DNA of 64,000 nt from Eledone cirrhosa (GCA_964016885.1 OZ024744.1:26660001-26724000), one strand, 5' to 3'. Shown: positions 26,078 to 40,643, counted from the stretch's first letter. Notes: a model not told the origin generated them from the letters alone. A program made the numbers and translations.

Positions 26078-26905
26078 CTCTGGTTCATCTGAATCATTGA
26101 GCACTTGCCTCACATCTTGGAGGTTGTTTTTCGTTATTTCGTGGGCCGAAATGCGAATCTCGATAATTTATGTTTGTATTTATCTCCAGACTCTAGCTAT
26201 TGACCAGTTAATATTCTTGATTTTTTAGTTGATTCTATTGACTGATGAATAGCTTATGTTAATTTTAACCCTTCTGTTGAGAACTCTATTCGATTTGTGA
26301 TGTTTTTGCATTCTTGCAAAAATATACACAACTGAATTTATTCGCCTGATATAGGGGCTGCCTCCCTTGCCGATCCCCACGTGAAGTCAGCAATAGTCAG
26401 TCCTTGTATTAACATTGAACTGAAACCTGTTGAGAAAGTGGCTTCCTTGTACAATCATCTTACCAGAAGCCTGACATTTTTTATGTAAGCGGACGGTACT
26501 TGATTTAGGAGCCGCAGAAACCCAAATACTGGATTTTACCAACCTTCCAGGGGTCCGGGTAAATTTTCAATACCCGAATTACTTGATCGTTTTTTGGGGC
26601 TATGCGAATGATTGTTTAACCATCGTCTCATTGATTTTGTCCTTTAACGTTTGTTATAGCTCTGGTTCATCTGAATCATTGAGCACTTGCCTCACATCTC
26701 GGATTTTTCTTTTTCGTTATTTCGTGGGCCGAAATGCGAATCTCGATAATTTATGTTTGTATATATATATACATATTTTGGCCTTTAACGTTTGTTATAG
26801 CTCTGGTTCATCTGAATCATTGAGCACTTTCCACACATCTCGGAGGTTGTTTTTCGTTATTTCGTGGGCCGAAATGCGATTCTCGATAATTTATGTTTGT
26901 ATTTA
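26076..26905. mobile_element. Three direct copies of a ~105-125-bp repeat around a possible PLE remnant
   Basis: AGCTCTGGTTCATCTGAATCATTGAGCAC... at 26076, 26658 and 26799, with a diverged inverted copy near 17137-17243; the minus strand at about 26190-26340 reads HKSNRVLNRRVKINISYSS, similar to the Naiad linker. Confidence 0.55.
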
Positions 26906-26951
26906 AATATATATATATATATATACGTTCAACCATCTGGCAGAAAGGTAT

Positions 26952-26994
26952 ACGGTGCTGACGATAGTTAATAAGCTTGAAACTAGTACATGGT
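26952..26994 (+). ncRNA. Minimal type I hammerhead
   Basis: ACGGUG-CUGACGA-UAGUUAAUAAGCUU-GAAA-CUAG-UA-CAUGGU. Confidence 0.75.
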
Positions 26995-27488
26995 TCCTGT
27001 GTCAGTGTTGAACAAAAAAGGTGACGTGGTTGCCTAAACATTATAATGAATGTTCGGTAAACTGATACGTGCATATATATATGTGTGCCTGTATGTATAT
27101 ATATACATGCTACTGTACGTCTGTATACATATATGTATGTACGTATACATACATACTTACATTTAAGTAAGTGCCGTACTAAGAGTGAGAAATGAAATTT
27201 CGTTTCATTCTATTCCATTTATATATATATCGAAAAACCGAAATTTTAAATTTCATTCTCACTCTTAGTACGGCTGATACTTAAATATAAGTATGTATAC
27301 GTACATACATATATGTATACAGACGTACAGTAGTATATATATACATACATGCACACATATATATATGTACGTATGGGTTTACCGAACATTTATTATAATG
27401 CTCAGTTTTTTTGTAAACAAACATCCCTAATTAAGCCGTACAGTGTTCGGCAACCATCGTCGTCCTTTTGTTCATTACTGACAAAGGA

Positions 27489-27531
27489 ACGATGTACTAG
27501 TTTCTAGCTCATTAGCTGTCATCAGCACCGT
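27489..27531 (-). ncRNA. Minimal type I hammerhead, intact
   Basis: ACGGUG-CUGAUGA-C-AGCU-AAUG-AGCU-A-GAAA-CUAG-UA-CAUCGU. Confidence 0.87.
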
Positions 27532-27903
27532 ATACCTTTCTGTCAGATGATTGAACGTTTGAAAGTATATACTTTCCTTATGCATATTAACGGCTGAGCA
27601 GCCCAATTTGCATATCGAGTGAGTTAATCGGCCGGGCGCACCGAAAACGATAAATGGAAAAAATGAAATTTGAAATTTCATTTCTCACTCTTAGTACGGC
27701 TGTTACTTAAATATAAGTATGTATACGTATATACATACATGTATACAGACGTACAGTAGTATGAATATATATATACATACATTTATCGTTTTCCGTACGC
27801 CCGGCCGACTTACTCACTCGATATGCAAATTAGGCTGCTCAGCCGTAATATGCATAAGGAAAGTATATACTTTCAAACGTTCAATCGACTGACAGGAAGG
27901 TAT

Positions 27904-27946
27904 ACGGTGCTGATGACAGCTAATAAGCTAGAAACTAGTTCATCGT
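27904..27946 (+). ncRNA. Minimal type I hammerhead
   Basis: ACGGUG-CUGAUGA-C-AGCU-AAUA-AGCU-A-GAAA-CUAG-UU-CAUCGU. Confidence 0.85.
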
Positions 27947-28149
27947 TCCTTTGTCAGTGTTGAACAAAAGGGCAACGATGGTTGCCGAACACTGTACGGC
28001 TAATAATTCGGACTGTTTGTTTACAAACACACCGAGCATTATAATAAATGTTCAGTAAACCCATACATACATGTATATATGTGTGCATGTATGTATATAT
28101 ATACATACTACTGTACGTCTGTATACATATATGAATGTACGTATACATA

Positions 28150-28222
<73 letters not shown>

Positions 28223-29079
28223 GTATATATATATATAATATGTATATATATGTGTGTGTGCGTGCACGCGCGTGTGTGTTTATATACCAAGGTTTACAAA
28301 TGAGCACTATGGGTCTTTCAATGTAAGGTGGCTAAGTCTAAAATTGTATAGTACTTACTTGTAAGTCGTCGACTATGTAAAGACGCCTTATGATGCTTCT
28401 CACAAGACTAAGTTCTCTCTATATCTTTGTATATTGTAACTGTTACAACCACGCCTGCACACACACGCACACGCGCATACATACATGTGTATATGAATGT
28501 GCGAAGACAAGTGTCATACTGTTGGCCGCACCATTATTAGTTCGACGGTTCAATACTTAGACGGTGGGCATTGTGTTCTTGAACACAATACTTTATTTCA
28601 AGTTGCTTTTGCAACCAGAAGTTGCGGGAGATTACATCAGCAATTGAAAGACCAGTAGAAACATTCTTTCCTTAGCCACAGCTGAGATCCTCTGAGTGCA
28701 CCGGTGGAACTCCAGTGTAACAAGACTCACGACTTATTACTCATACATATATGTATGTATATATTTTTTAATATCATATTACATTTTTTTTCATGCATCT
28801 TTTTATGTTGATGCTTATGACAACATTTGTATTCCTAAAGGTATGTAGAACAACAATAAATATTGAGGTATGGTCTGCTGTTATACATTGAAACGTTTGT
28901 AGAGTAAAGTTCTGTTCACATGCCAACACATTCTACTGACATGGCTATAAAATTGAGGCTTGTTTGCATAATTGCAAACCAATCGAATGTTATTATTAAT
29001 ATTCCAAAAACTCAGATTACATTTATTGTATACAGCCATTTAGAGCGAAAATGTTCTATATATATATATATATATATAT

Positions 29080-29206
<127 letters not shown>

Positions 29207-32200
29207 GGAGTTACCAGTTTAGACTAGAAAGCCCATGTTCTGCTAGGTACTTGATACTTGGAAAATAGAGTTTATGTATATTGAAAATTAGTGCCCGACG
29301 GCTGAATTCGTCGGCGAATGGATAGCTGAGTTATTTTTTGTTCCTTTTTAGCTATTTCCAAATGCTGTTTCATTAGCGGTGTGGTCCAAATTTGATTGGC
29401 ATGTGGGATAAGAGGAGAAAATGACACAGTGAACTATTGTAAGGTGGTGCTTTGGCCGAGAATCTCTGTCACGAAGTTTCTGTAACCAAGTCGGCCCCTT
29501 AATTCATTACATTTTTCGGGGGAGAGTGGAAGTTAAGGCGCATCTAAGTGATGTCTTTTGGTGGCCTTTTGCTGTTATCTATTTAAACCACTTAATTTTT
29601 CAGAGGCGATATAATATACTTCTGGATCTTTGCAAGAAACACTCAGATCGATGAGATTGTTATTGTTACTGTTGTTTAGCACAAGGTCCGTCCTGATCAA
29701 GTAGACTTATGATCAAAGGTCCCTTACTAGAGCATATTCTACTTGTTTTGGGTTTGTTGTGGGGGGGGGGTATAGTGTACCTAGGAGATTACACTAGATT
29801 CATTGAGAACTTTTATTTAATTGATGCAAATTTAAACCAACACCACCATCGTTACCACGTGTCACATATGTGCTGTAATTTATCCAAGTTTTCAAAATGT
29901 ATAATGAATAAGGTACCAGTCCAGGGAAAAAGATTGCTGGAATTGTTGACGTGTCAGACGAGATAACTTGCAGCCCAGGTCTTTACGTTATTATTTAAGA
30001 GTCCTCCGAGGATCCAATTACCAAAGCTAATCACCCGACAATGAGGCCTTATTGTCTCACACGGAATTGACCAATGTGAATGTGTAACCCTACAATCAGT
30101 TTACATACGTCGGCAACAACAATGCTAAGGCTGTCATTCAATAGAATTTGGAATATAGATGAATCCTAGGAAAAGCGTGTATAGAATCAAAGTGTCCATC
30201 TTTATTATGACATGAGGATGTGATTTGAGGGAGATTTGGCTGCTATTTCCATAAGATTGAACGGTTAAATAGTCTTCCAGCTTAGCTTCAGACTAGTTCC
30301 ATTGAAAACCAGCCTAAATGTCTGTAAGTAAACACGTGGGTTGAGGAGGAAACAGTGTGATGCGACTACAGGTACCCACGGGCCAAGAGGGAGTAACATA
30401 TTGGGTGGCGTATTAAACCTACCACCCAAGTTTGATCTATGGCGCAACAGAACAGCTCTTAAAAATTCTGCTAGTCTAACGGCGCCTCCTTCGGTTTGTC
30501 TGACGTAATTCTAGAAGCCATTATGTACAGTCTAGTTTTCTAAGTGGTTTGTCACATCTCATAGATTAAATTCCTTAAATAATTGAAACATATTTGTATT
30601 GAAATATCAACTTAAAAGAGACAAAAATGTCAACTGAGCTATTGAATATAATACGAAATGTATTTATCTAGGGATTAAAGGGGACCAATATGGTTTGCAA
30701 CTCACTTCAATTCCATTAACATCCAGTGAACCTTTCCGTCCGCGTTCGCAACATTCCTCATTTCGGCAAATATTGAAACGAATCTTACAAAACCTTATGA
30801 CAGAAATGACACTTTCCTTAATGCTGGGCATTTTCTCAACAAAAATTCTATTCGTATTCATTAATAGTGATAGGCGCCACATTTGTCTTTCGTTCCTTAT
30901 TTATTGATCCGAAGAATATTTAGATAAAATTACTCGGAAAAGCGTAGTGTATTTCAGTTTTCATATTAAGGTAATATTTGTCTCGAAAAATGTCGTGCCC
31001 CATAATAGAACAATATTTTCTTCGGACGCTAGTTACAATGCTGATCGATACATCGAACTCATATACATTCAGTTTAGTTCAACGTCCGCCGTATAATTAA
31101 TGAATCGTCGTCGTCGGCGGCAGTATGTCACTGGCGGGTTCTTTGTGGCCGCTCACTCGACCTGTTAGAAATACCATCGAAATCTCACCCAAAAGCACAT
31201 ACACAAACATACACATCCACGCATGCATATCCACACCACTCATATATGTTAAATGCACATTTGATACTGTAGTCTTTGATTCGACTAAAAGATGGAGTAG
31301 TCATGACTGAACCCTCTTTCAACTTAGGTTTGCCCCATTGAGCTGCAACTGCAAACGGTGATACAGACTAGGAGAAAATGTAATCTTTATTATAAGTTCA
31401 AAATAATAACACAACATAACATCATATTATCCTCAAGGAATGTCCAGCGTCAAATTGGTTCAACAGATAGTAACTGTCCAATTCTGATATATTTAAATCA
31501 TTGCAAAAAGGCGAAGTTCTGTGGCTAAGAATTCGCTTCACATCTACGTGGACTCTGGTTTAATCCCGCTTCGCTGCAGAATGAGTGTGGAAAGGTTATG
31601 CGATATGGGAAGGTATTTTAAAATATAGTGTCCTATTGTTTTTGATTGCGTATTCACTTAATTAATTTTATCAAATGACTCATACTTTCTAAGTCCAATT
31701 TTAGTTTTATTAGTTCTTTGAAAAATTAATATAAAATGTGTTTATAGCTTTATAAAATTGTTGGCGTATTCTGAATCTGTTTACTTCTTAGTTTATTTTA
31801 ACAGAGTTACTTAGAAATATATCTTTACTGGAAATAATTTAACATTTGTTAATAGTTTTGGGTATTCAGTAGATTAATCGATATCTTTTATTTAAATACC
31901 ACCTTCATTGCTAATTGTTGTATATGTGCAAGAAAATATCTGTCTTGAAAATATCCAGTCCAATCTAGAGCCTTCTCACTCGTGTTCGAGTAACCCGTCC
32001 CTGGTTTACTTCCACCACTTTCTATTTGGTTTTGGTTATCTCAGGGGTGTAGCTGTACTCACCACGCTTGGTCAATTGTGGGATGGTGGAACTATTTAAC
32101 CCATAGTTGGAGTTGATGGTTGTTGAATCTGAGGAGTTCATCCACCCTTTTAACAACTCTTTGTACTGCAGGGGTTCCACTTATCAGAACATGGCAAGGG

Positions 32201-33113
32201 AGTCGGTTTAGTCGTCGAACGTTCGACCATGAAGCAGGTTGTTCTGTGTTACATCGTACCGGTAGCAGGCAGAAGCCTGATCTGACCAACATTAAGGGAA
32301 TAAATGACATATATCATCTAACATAACGACAAAACAATGACAAATCCAGGAATATAGTCACAGGAATAAAGTCGCAAGTGAAAAGTCACATTTTATGGAA
32401 ATGCCATAAAAAGTAAAAATTATCTTAAACATTGGTAAAAGACACCAAAAATAAATATATTTGTTAATTTCCTGTGATTATTTTCATTGCCACAATGATA
32501 ATCCATGAATCTATACACTGTTTATTTTATCTCTCACCCATAGACTATGGACTGTAAACAAGTTAGAAAGAGCACAATTTCAGGTCCTTGTAGATAGATA
32601 AATAACATCAGGTATTGACGGGGGAAGAAGATTTGTCATCTGAGGAAGAATTGCATGTGCAATTAATTGTACTATATAAGGTCAGTAGAGCATCGATATA
32701 TCTGAAAAAGTTCAAAGTCGATGCAATATGAATACTCATTGTACTGACACAAATACTTATTCAAATATGATGTAGGAATGGTAGATACTGAATAATAATA
32801 ATAATGATTTCTTTATTGGCCACAAGGGCTGGCATCAAGAAAAACATTACAGACGGCACAGGACGGTACAGGACGGTACGATGTGGGTTTTGTGCGTGGA
32901 AATATTTTTATTATTTATATAAAAAAGAAAAAAAGACATAGAAACATATATATATATATATATATAAACAATAAAAATGAAAATTGAAACAAGGAAAAAT
33001 TCCCCAATAGGGGGAAACCTCCGAGGGTTACTCGTGGCGAAAGCCACACAAAAGACCACGCCCACCCTGACCACCAGGGCGAGCGCCCTCTCTCAATTTT
33101 TCCATCTCTCAAA

Positions 33114-36100
33114 CTACAGAAGTATATTCAGAGTGGTCCCGTTCACTCGGACCATTCTCGCTACATTCACCCACCTTTCAACAAACTTGCTAGAAGGCAG
33201 CACTTGCGTCTCCACCCTGATTTTCCTCTTCAAGTGAAACTTGAAAAAGTTAATTAGGGATTCGCCGAAGAAGAAAGTGTCTGTCTTTAACCCTTTCAAC
33301 CTTGTCCACCACACAATCTCTTTCGCCATGGCCACCAGGCAGATGAAAACCGCCTGCCCTTCCTCCTCGAAAGGAAGACGGCGAGACCATCTGCTCAATG
33401 GACTCAGTCGATAACCGGATCAGTCCTACACGAAACAAATGTTCGACATAGTTCCACAAGTCAGCAATGCTCGGGCACTGAACGAGTGCGTGCACGACGG
33501 TTTCGACACTCTGCGCGCATCTCGGACAGACTCGGCTGACGGCACTTCCGTGCCGCTAGAGCTTATCTCGAACCGGTAACGCTCCACAGTAGCACAGCCA
33601 GGCCAGGGATTTTTGCAAGTTATCCATAGGCCTTGGGCTGAAATTCTTCGGAAGAGAGCAAACAGCTGATCTTCTTCGATGCCCAGGATGTCTCCAAGAA
33701 CGCCGTCGCACTTCCTCTCCACTAGTCCTCTATAGAACGCCAATGTGGTGATCCACCGATACTGGTGCCCAGCTGGCAGAGGGCAGTGAGCACCTGGAGA
33801 CATTCCAGTTTCCAAGCGCTATCCCTCGGTCTTTTCCTGACCCAGGACTGCAGCTCCGTCAAGGAGACGAGCTGTGGGAAAACGTGCCTGGCGAACGGCG
33901 ACCACACCTGTTTACCGTCAAGGAAGCACCAGAGTTTTCGCAGCCTCAGCGCATGTTTGCGCATCATCAGCTATGGCTTGCCCAGTCCTCCACGCAACGG
34001 GTGTTAACAGCAGATAGATCGTCTGACCATGGGAGCGCGTCCCTTCCACAAAAAGCGGAAGAGGAGGCGCTCCATTTTGGTGAGAGTTGTGCCGGGGCAG
34101 AGGACGACGGTGAGGTGGTAGCAGATGACGGATGCGATGTACGCATTCGCCACCTCCACCCGGCCTTTCAGGGACAGCTTCCTCTCGGCCCATTTCTGGG
34201 TGAGGGAGGCCACCTAGCTCCAGTTTGTCTCCATCTGGAAGACCGGTCCGAACCAGACCACAAGCACTTTAACCGGTCCGTCCGTCCAACGCAGCACGAC
34301 GCTATCGGACGGCATGGACTTGCCTCTCCAGGTGCCGAGCTGCAAGCCCACCGACTTTTCCTGGTTTATCTTTGCTCCTGTCACCGCTTCGTATTCCTTG
34401 AGAGCGGTGCCGAGCATCTGGATGTGTCTGGTGTTCGACACCACAACGGTGACGATGTCGGCGAAAGCCGACTCGGATTTCACGCATCCTAGTTCGCGTG
34501 GGACGCACCTCATCGCCCCCAGTTTGTGCAGTAACGGCTCGAGAGCCATTACGTACACGAGGGACGAGAGGGGGCAACCCTGACGGACCGAGCGCCTGAT
34601 GCTGAACGGCTGCGACAGGTGTCCGTTCACCTTCACAACTGAGCATATGTCGCTGTAAATCGCAACGTTACAACCCCTGAAAACGGGCCCGGAACCGGCT
34701 GCCGCGTGGACCGCTGCCAGGTACCAATGGTCGACCCTATCGAATGCTTTGGATTGATCCAAGTTGATCGGGGCCCCACCCGTGCCAGGTTCCTTAACCA
34801 CACTCTCTATGATGTATCGCATCAGGTGGCGGTTGTAGGGATCTGTGTATGTATCTGTCCGGGAGGCGCATATCCCGGCCTCTCCCACCAGACCCTCGAC
34901 GACAAGCGCCAACCTCGTTGCAAATACATTGGCCAAAATCTTGAACTCTGCGTTTAGCAGAGTTATGGACCTGAAATTATTGATAACAACCCCCTTGTTC
35001 GGGTCTTTTCTCAGCAGCGCCACTGCTCCCCAGCTCACAAAACTGGGAATGCTCCCGTTCTGCTGCCAGTTGAAGTAGATGTCTGCCAAGAGGTCACCGA
35101 ACAAGTCTGGCATAAATGCATAAAGCTCGTAGGGCACACCATCCAAACTTGGCGATTTACCCCTCGTACAGTTAGCCACCGCTTTCTGTATTTCACCGGC
35201 TCTTATTGGCTTTTCGCAATACTGTGCTGCGGTCGTCGAGAGCCGAGGCAGTCCGTCGAGGTATGCACTGAAGTTCATACCCGATCCGACCGCCGCCGCT
35301 CCCGAACAGTTCAGCAAACTGCTGCTGAAAAGCCTCACACATCTGCTCAGGTTCGAGCAACACGCACCCGTTTTGGTCAGACAAAGACCGAAATGTGGCT
35401 TTGTTGCCACATCGCGCGTCTGCCACCCGGGCACATTGGACGGCTTTCGTCCCCTCGTGTTTCAGAGCACGCGCTTTAGCTCTGACAACGGAGCCTTCGT
35501 ATTTTGCGTTGAAGAATTGGTCGAGTGCCAATCTCGCCGCAAGTACTTCGGTTGCAATGCCTGTTCTAAACGACTCTTCTAGTTTTCTGTCTAGCTCTCC
35601 CTCTACTCTATTTTCCTCTATCACTAGTCCTTTGCTAAACCTAATCGACTCTACTTTAATTGCCCTTTTCAGGGCAAACCACCAACTGTTGTTGACGACC
35701 GCTCCCGTCAACGCCCGCTTAACTAATACGCTAATCCGGTCTCTGTAGGCTTTGCGCTCCGGGAAAGACGCGTTAAGCTTCCAGTAACCAGGTCCTTGTC
35801 TATGAAGTCTGTCTATGTCGATCTCACAGATCACAAATTTGTGTCTGTGTAGTCGACTATTTTAAATTGTGGACAACCTATACTAGCCTTATCTAGTTCC
35901 CTGCAGAATACCCTATCGAGATACGATCTGGATGACCCGATGCGGTTTGTCCATGTCCACATTGGCACATTCGGGGGATCCAGTCGATACCTGTCAGCCA
36001 GTTCAAAACGTCTGAGCAGGTTGGTGAGGCTCTTGCACCCTCCTCGCCTATCTACTAGCCCCACACAATCCCAGCGTGCATCCAAGATACCGTTCCAGTC

Positions 36101-36469
36101 GCCCACTAACACTAAAGAGCGGGACATTCCCAGAAAATTATCTAGACGTCTGAAAGAGTTGCCTTCGGTGCCGTTCACGTCCAGCACCACCGACTTACCA
36201 TCTGGGTCCAGGAAGATGGTCTGTATGGCAAGACCCAAGCCCTTCCGGAACAGCATAGCCACTCAGGCCCCCGCTCCCGGACGGCTCTGAGATGCGTACA
36301 CCTTGTAACCGTCGAAGATCGGTGCGAAAGCTTACGTTTCGGAGATTCTCGTCTCGCTGATGGCCACCACATCTATGTTTAGTGACCTGAGGTCGTTAAG
36401 CAAGTGACCTTGCTTCCAAATTGTGCTCAAGCCACGCACGTTTACACTTGTGATCTTGAATACGGCCAT
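33114..36469 (-). pseudogene. Tx1 ORF2 (APE endonuclease plus RT), multiply frameshifted
   Basis: MAVFKITSVNVRGL, VGDWNGILD, SYLDRVF, GPGYWKLN, LDQSKAFDRVDH, RQGCPLS; the catalytic YADD reads FADI. Confidence 0.92.
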
Positions 36470-36943
36470 GTTGGGTGAGGAACGGGGCAAGTGAGAAAGG
36501 ATCACTTCCTTGATCGTCTGGTGAAGGGACCGTTGATCCGTCCCTTCGGTTGGTCGTCGGCTCTTCTGTGAGTATATCCGAGTATACTCTCCGGTTGAGT
36601 GTCCCTCCTAGGTCTCTGAAATCACCAACTGCGTTGGGGAATTTCGTTTTAATGTTAGTGTATTGTTTATGTGATATTCTTACCAGTCTTATGTTCGTTG
36701 GTGTTTTGATTGGTGCTGGTATTATGTAGTCGTGCTGTTAAATGTCATTAGTTTTTGCTATTTTCTTGTCGTTGTTGCTGGATGTGTGTGTTTTGTTGTT
36801 GTGTTTGCGATGTTGGTGCTTGTGGTGGTGTTGTGAAGGTTTTGTTGTTGGTGGTGGGGTTGCTGCCGGTGGTGATGGTAGTGCTAGTGTGGGTGGTGAT
36901 GGTGTTGGTGGTTTTTCTGCTGTAAGTCTCTTTGCAGTAGCCT

Positions 36944-38010
36944 TCACCCTTTTTCATCTCTTCCCTCCGTTTTCGAAGGCGACGTTACGCTGCTTCTGCG
37001 TTTGTGCCTTCTTGCGACCTTTTGCCATCCCTCTCCCATCTCACACTCCATGTCCGATTCTGTGTGGTCGGGGAGCGGTACCAGCTCCACTCTTTCACTT
37101 GTTGTTGTTGGTGATGGTTGCAGTGGAGTCTCTATTGCAGCTGCAGTTGGTATTACTGTTGTTTTTGTTAATACTTCCACTGCTGCTGCTGTTCTTGATT
37201 TCAGTGGCGTGGGTATGGGTGCCACGGACCTATCGTTCCTGGTTGCCGCCTGTCCTGTTGCTGGTAGCAGTGGAGCCGGTTTCGGAAGGAGGGGGGTTTT
37301 CTCCTTTCTCAGGGTCTTCTCATTGCAGAAGGCCCTGAGGTGAGTCTTCGACCCACAGCGAAAGCATTTCGGGCGTTTTCCCTCAACACTTATGGGTAGT
37401 TGAGTGCCGTTATCGAAGTCTATCACATCCGGGATAGCTTCGATGCACTCCTGGTTGGTTTGAATTAACATCTCAATGGAGTCGCCGACCCAATCTTCTC
37501 GTACTTTTTTCTGTACTTGCAGTACGGTTGTTTTGTCCTCGATTCCGACGAGGACAGACGCGGCCAGCCAAGAAGGGGCCATCTCGCAGGGGATTTGGGT
37601 CAGTTTTACCTTCACAATTTTTTTCCTGCAGTAGGAGAGCACCAACACCATTTCCTCGCTCCTTGGGGTCACTAAGGATTGAGCCTTTGCCTCCTGGGGT
37701 GTGGCTAAAAGGACGTCAACGGTGGCATATTTCTTGCCTCGGGTGATATGCGTTTTCCGCTGCCTCACATACCCTAAGGCTTTTTGTATTTGAGCCTCTG
37801 TGGCTCTTTCAACCCTACGTGATTTTGTACTTACTGTACGGTACGTGACCGTACAATACTGTTGGGTTTCGAAAAATTCTCAGGCGGCTTTGCAGATTGA
37901 TCGGTGTCCGGTTTTCGTCGCCCTCTTCTTTGCTTCCTGTAATTCCTAATTTGTTATAACGATGATTTCCAGGTTCTCTGCGATACCTGCAAACGAGATT
38001 GGTTTTTCTT
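36944..38010 (-). pseudogene. Tx1 ORF1 (gag-like, CCHC zinc knuckle)
   Basis: ORF 36944-37768; homologous to 46234-46878 of copy 2 (THITRG(K/R)KYATVDVL, SVEG(K/R)RPKC). Confidence 0.85.
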
Positions 38011-38743
38011 TGTTGTTGTTGTTGTCGTCATAGCTGCTGTTACTTTTGTTGTTGCTGCTGGTACTACGACTGCCGCTGCAGCTGTTGCTGTTGTTGTTGC
38101 TGTTGCTTCTGCTGTTGTTGTTGCTGTTGCTGCTGTTGTTTATGCTGCTGCTGATGTTGTTGTGGCTGCTACTGTTGTTTTTCTCGCCACTGTTGCTGCT
38201 GCTGCTGTTATTACGGTTGCTGCTGCTATTATGCATGACGTCAGACGAATGAAATGGCTTTCCGTATTTACCGCACACATTTTTCGTCGTCGTCGTCATG
38301 GAGAAATGTTCCACGGCACGCAAGTTATTTTGATGAAGAACGCTACGAGAAACTACAATTTTCTTTTTCTTTAATGGCGTCGCTTGTGAAAGAGGCGACC
38401 GAGGTGACACCACATTTAGAGAAGGGAGGCAGAGAGACAATCTTTTCTCTGACGTAATGACGATTGGGGAAGAAGAAGACTAAAGGAGTGGGAGTGACTT
38501 GTGAACATTCTTTTTTGTAGCCATGTTTTTTTTTTTACGGTTTAAAATGAATATTGGGCACAAATCCCCAATAACTGGTTATTTAACCCCGAAGGGCCAA
38601 ATAACGGGCAGAAAAACCCCTCTCACGAGGAGGAGGGTGTCTTTATCTACACTTTGGTTCAAGTTTTAAACAATTTACAATTGTTATAACGTTTAAAAAT
38701 TACAATACTTTACAGAGCCGAGCCTCCGTCAACCACGGCATTC

Positions 38744-38793
<50 letters not shown>

Positions 38794-38795
<2 letters not shown>

Positions 38796-39577
38796 TATCC
38801 GCACAAGATCAGTGTCTGCCAACAAAAAATTACCAAGCCAACATAATAAAAAATGGGTGCAGCCCACTATGCCGTGTATGCAAAAAACAACCAGAGAACA
38901 TTGACCATATAATTTCAATGTGCAGTCCTATAGCTCCAACCGAATACCTAAACAGGCATGACAGAGCTGCACAATACATACATTGGATAATGTGTAAGCA
39001 TTTTGACCTGCCCCATCAAAAGAATTGGTGGGAGCATCAACCACCTCCCATACTTGAAAAAGATCACATCTCAATCTTGTGGAACTTTAGCATCCAAACA
39101 GACCGAAAAATAGATGCAAATAGACCTGATATAATATTGAAGGACTTTCAAAGGAGGGTATGCCTGCTAATTGATATGTCTGTTCCAATAGACAAGAATG
39201 TATCTATAAAAACATTTGAAAAATTGAGCAAGTATAAGGACCTGGAGATAGAAATTGGAAAAATGTGGAAATTGAGAACTAAAACAATACCAGTGGTTGT
39301 AGGCGCTCTGGGAATGATACCTAAGGGGTCTAACGACTACTTATCGCAAATCCCAGGAAACCCGCGTATAGGAGAAATACAAAAGATAGTACTAATGGGA
39401 ACTGCCCATATACTAAGGAAGATCCTGTCAATATAAGTACATCACAAGTCTAAACACTAAGGATGCATGTGTGAATATGTGTGTTCTTTCTTGAACATGG
39501 CGGACCTTGTTGTCTCTTGAGGTCACTGGTTGTGACTTGGTGATAACTCGTATAAACATAAAGCAAGATAAATGCAA
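38794..39577 (+). mobile_element. R4/Dong-clade non-LTR 3' end, family A copy 1
   Basis: CRVC..HIISMC, RHD, RPDIILKD..LIDMSVP..EKLSKY restriction-like endonuclease; (AAT)n on both sides. Confidence 0.92.
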
Positions 39578-39595
39578 ATAATAATAATAATAATA

Positions 39596-40092
39596 AGACA
39601 AGTGGTAAGAGCATAAGCCAGAATCGGTGATAGAAAACGATCAGGTGAAGGTGCTGTGGGATTTTAGGATACAGACGGACAAGAAACTGAAACACAACAG
39701 GCCTGACCTGGTGGTTTGGGACAAGGAAAACAAATCGTGCCTCATTGTAGATGTAGCCTGCCCATTCGACACGAGAGGGCAAGAGAAGGAGAGGGAGAAA
39801 ATTAACCGATACCAGGACTTAAAGTGAGAGGTAAAAAGGATTTGGAACTGTCATGAAGTGAAAGTGGTCCCGATTGTCATAGACGCAATAGGTACTATCT
39901 CAAAGAGTTTCCAAGGATGGTTAAACAAAATTAGTCCCACCCCGCTTTTTGGAACACTTCAAAAGGCATGCTTGCTGGGAACAGCAAGAACCTTCCGATA
40001 CGTCCTGAATATCTGAGGCTGCAGGTAGTGGCTTGATATTCATTTCAACAAACTTTCCAGTTAAATAACATCAATGACTGAGACTCAAAGAA
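39596..40092 (+). mobile_element. R4/Dong-clade 3' end, family B copy 1
   Basis: VLWDFRIQTD..HNRPDLVV..IVDVACPFD..EKINRYQDL with a premature stop. Confidence 0.9.
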
Positions 40093-40093
40093 A

Positions 40094-40137
<44 letters not shown>

Positions 40138-40139
<2 letters not shown>

Positions 40140-40636
40140 TGAGAAATGGTATGAGCATAGGCCAGAGGCGGTGATGGAGAACAGTCAGGTGAAGGTGCTG
40201 TGGGATTTTAGGATACAGACGGACAAAAAACTGGAACACAATAGACCTGACCTGGTGGTTGTGGACAAAGAAAAAAGATCGTGCCTGATTGTGGATGTGG
40301 CCTGCCCGTTCGACACGAGAGTGCAAGAGAAGGAGAGGGAGAAAATTAACCGATACCAGGACCTAAAGTGGGAGGTGAAAAGGATTTGGAACTGCCATGA
40401 AGTCAAAGTGATCCCGATTGTCATAGGCGCACTGGGGACTATCTCCAAAGGTTTCCAGGGATGGTTAAAGAAAATCGGCCCCATCACGCTTTTTGGAACG
40501 CTTCAAAAGGCATGCTTGCTTGGAACAGCAAGAACCCTCCGATGCGTCCTGAATATCTGAGGCTGCAGGTAGTGGCTTGATATTCAATCCAACGGACTTT
40601 CCAGTTAACCAACATCAATGACTGCGATTCAAGGAA
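40138..40636 (+). mobile_element. R4/Dong-clade 3' end, family B copy 2
   Basis: ORF 40171-40560 is open to the natural C-terminus LQKACLLGTARTLR. Confidence 0.9.
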
Positions 40637-40643
40637 TAACAAC

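Larger units (their letters stand above)
26925..28152. mobile_element. Non-coding hammerhead element arranged +/-/+, ~426-nt monomer
   Basis: Three copies in alternating orientation; a direct repeat offset of 426 nt (27258 vs 27684); flanked by (TA)n. Confidence 0.85.
32805..38460 (-). mobile_element. Near full-length Tx1/L1-clade LINE, copy 1
   Basis: ORF1 with zinc knuckle CFRCGSKTHLRAFC; ORF2 with APE, RT and a CCHC motif; 3' tail GCCCTTGTGGCCAATAAAGAAATC(ATT)n. The 5' boundary is approximate. Confidence 0.92.

Noticed and set aside
30664-30907. Cysteine-containing short ORFs on both strands
   Set aside because: No recognisable domain or paralog in the window; insufficient support.
32640-32675. 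CTGAGGA followed by a hairpin
   Set aside because: No GAAA or closing stem I; incomplete hammerhead.
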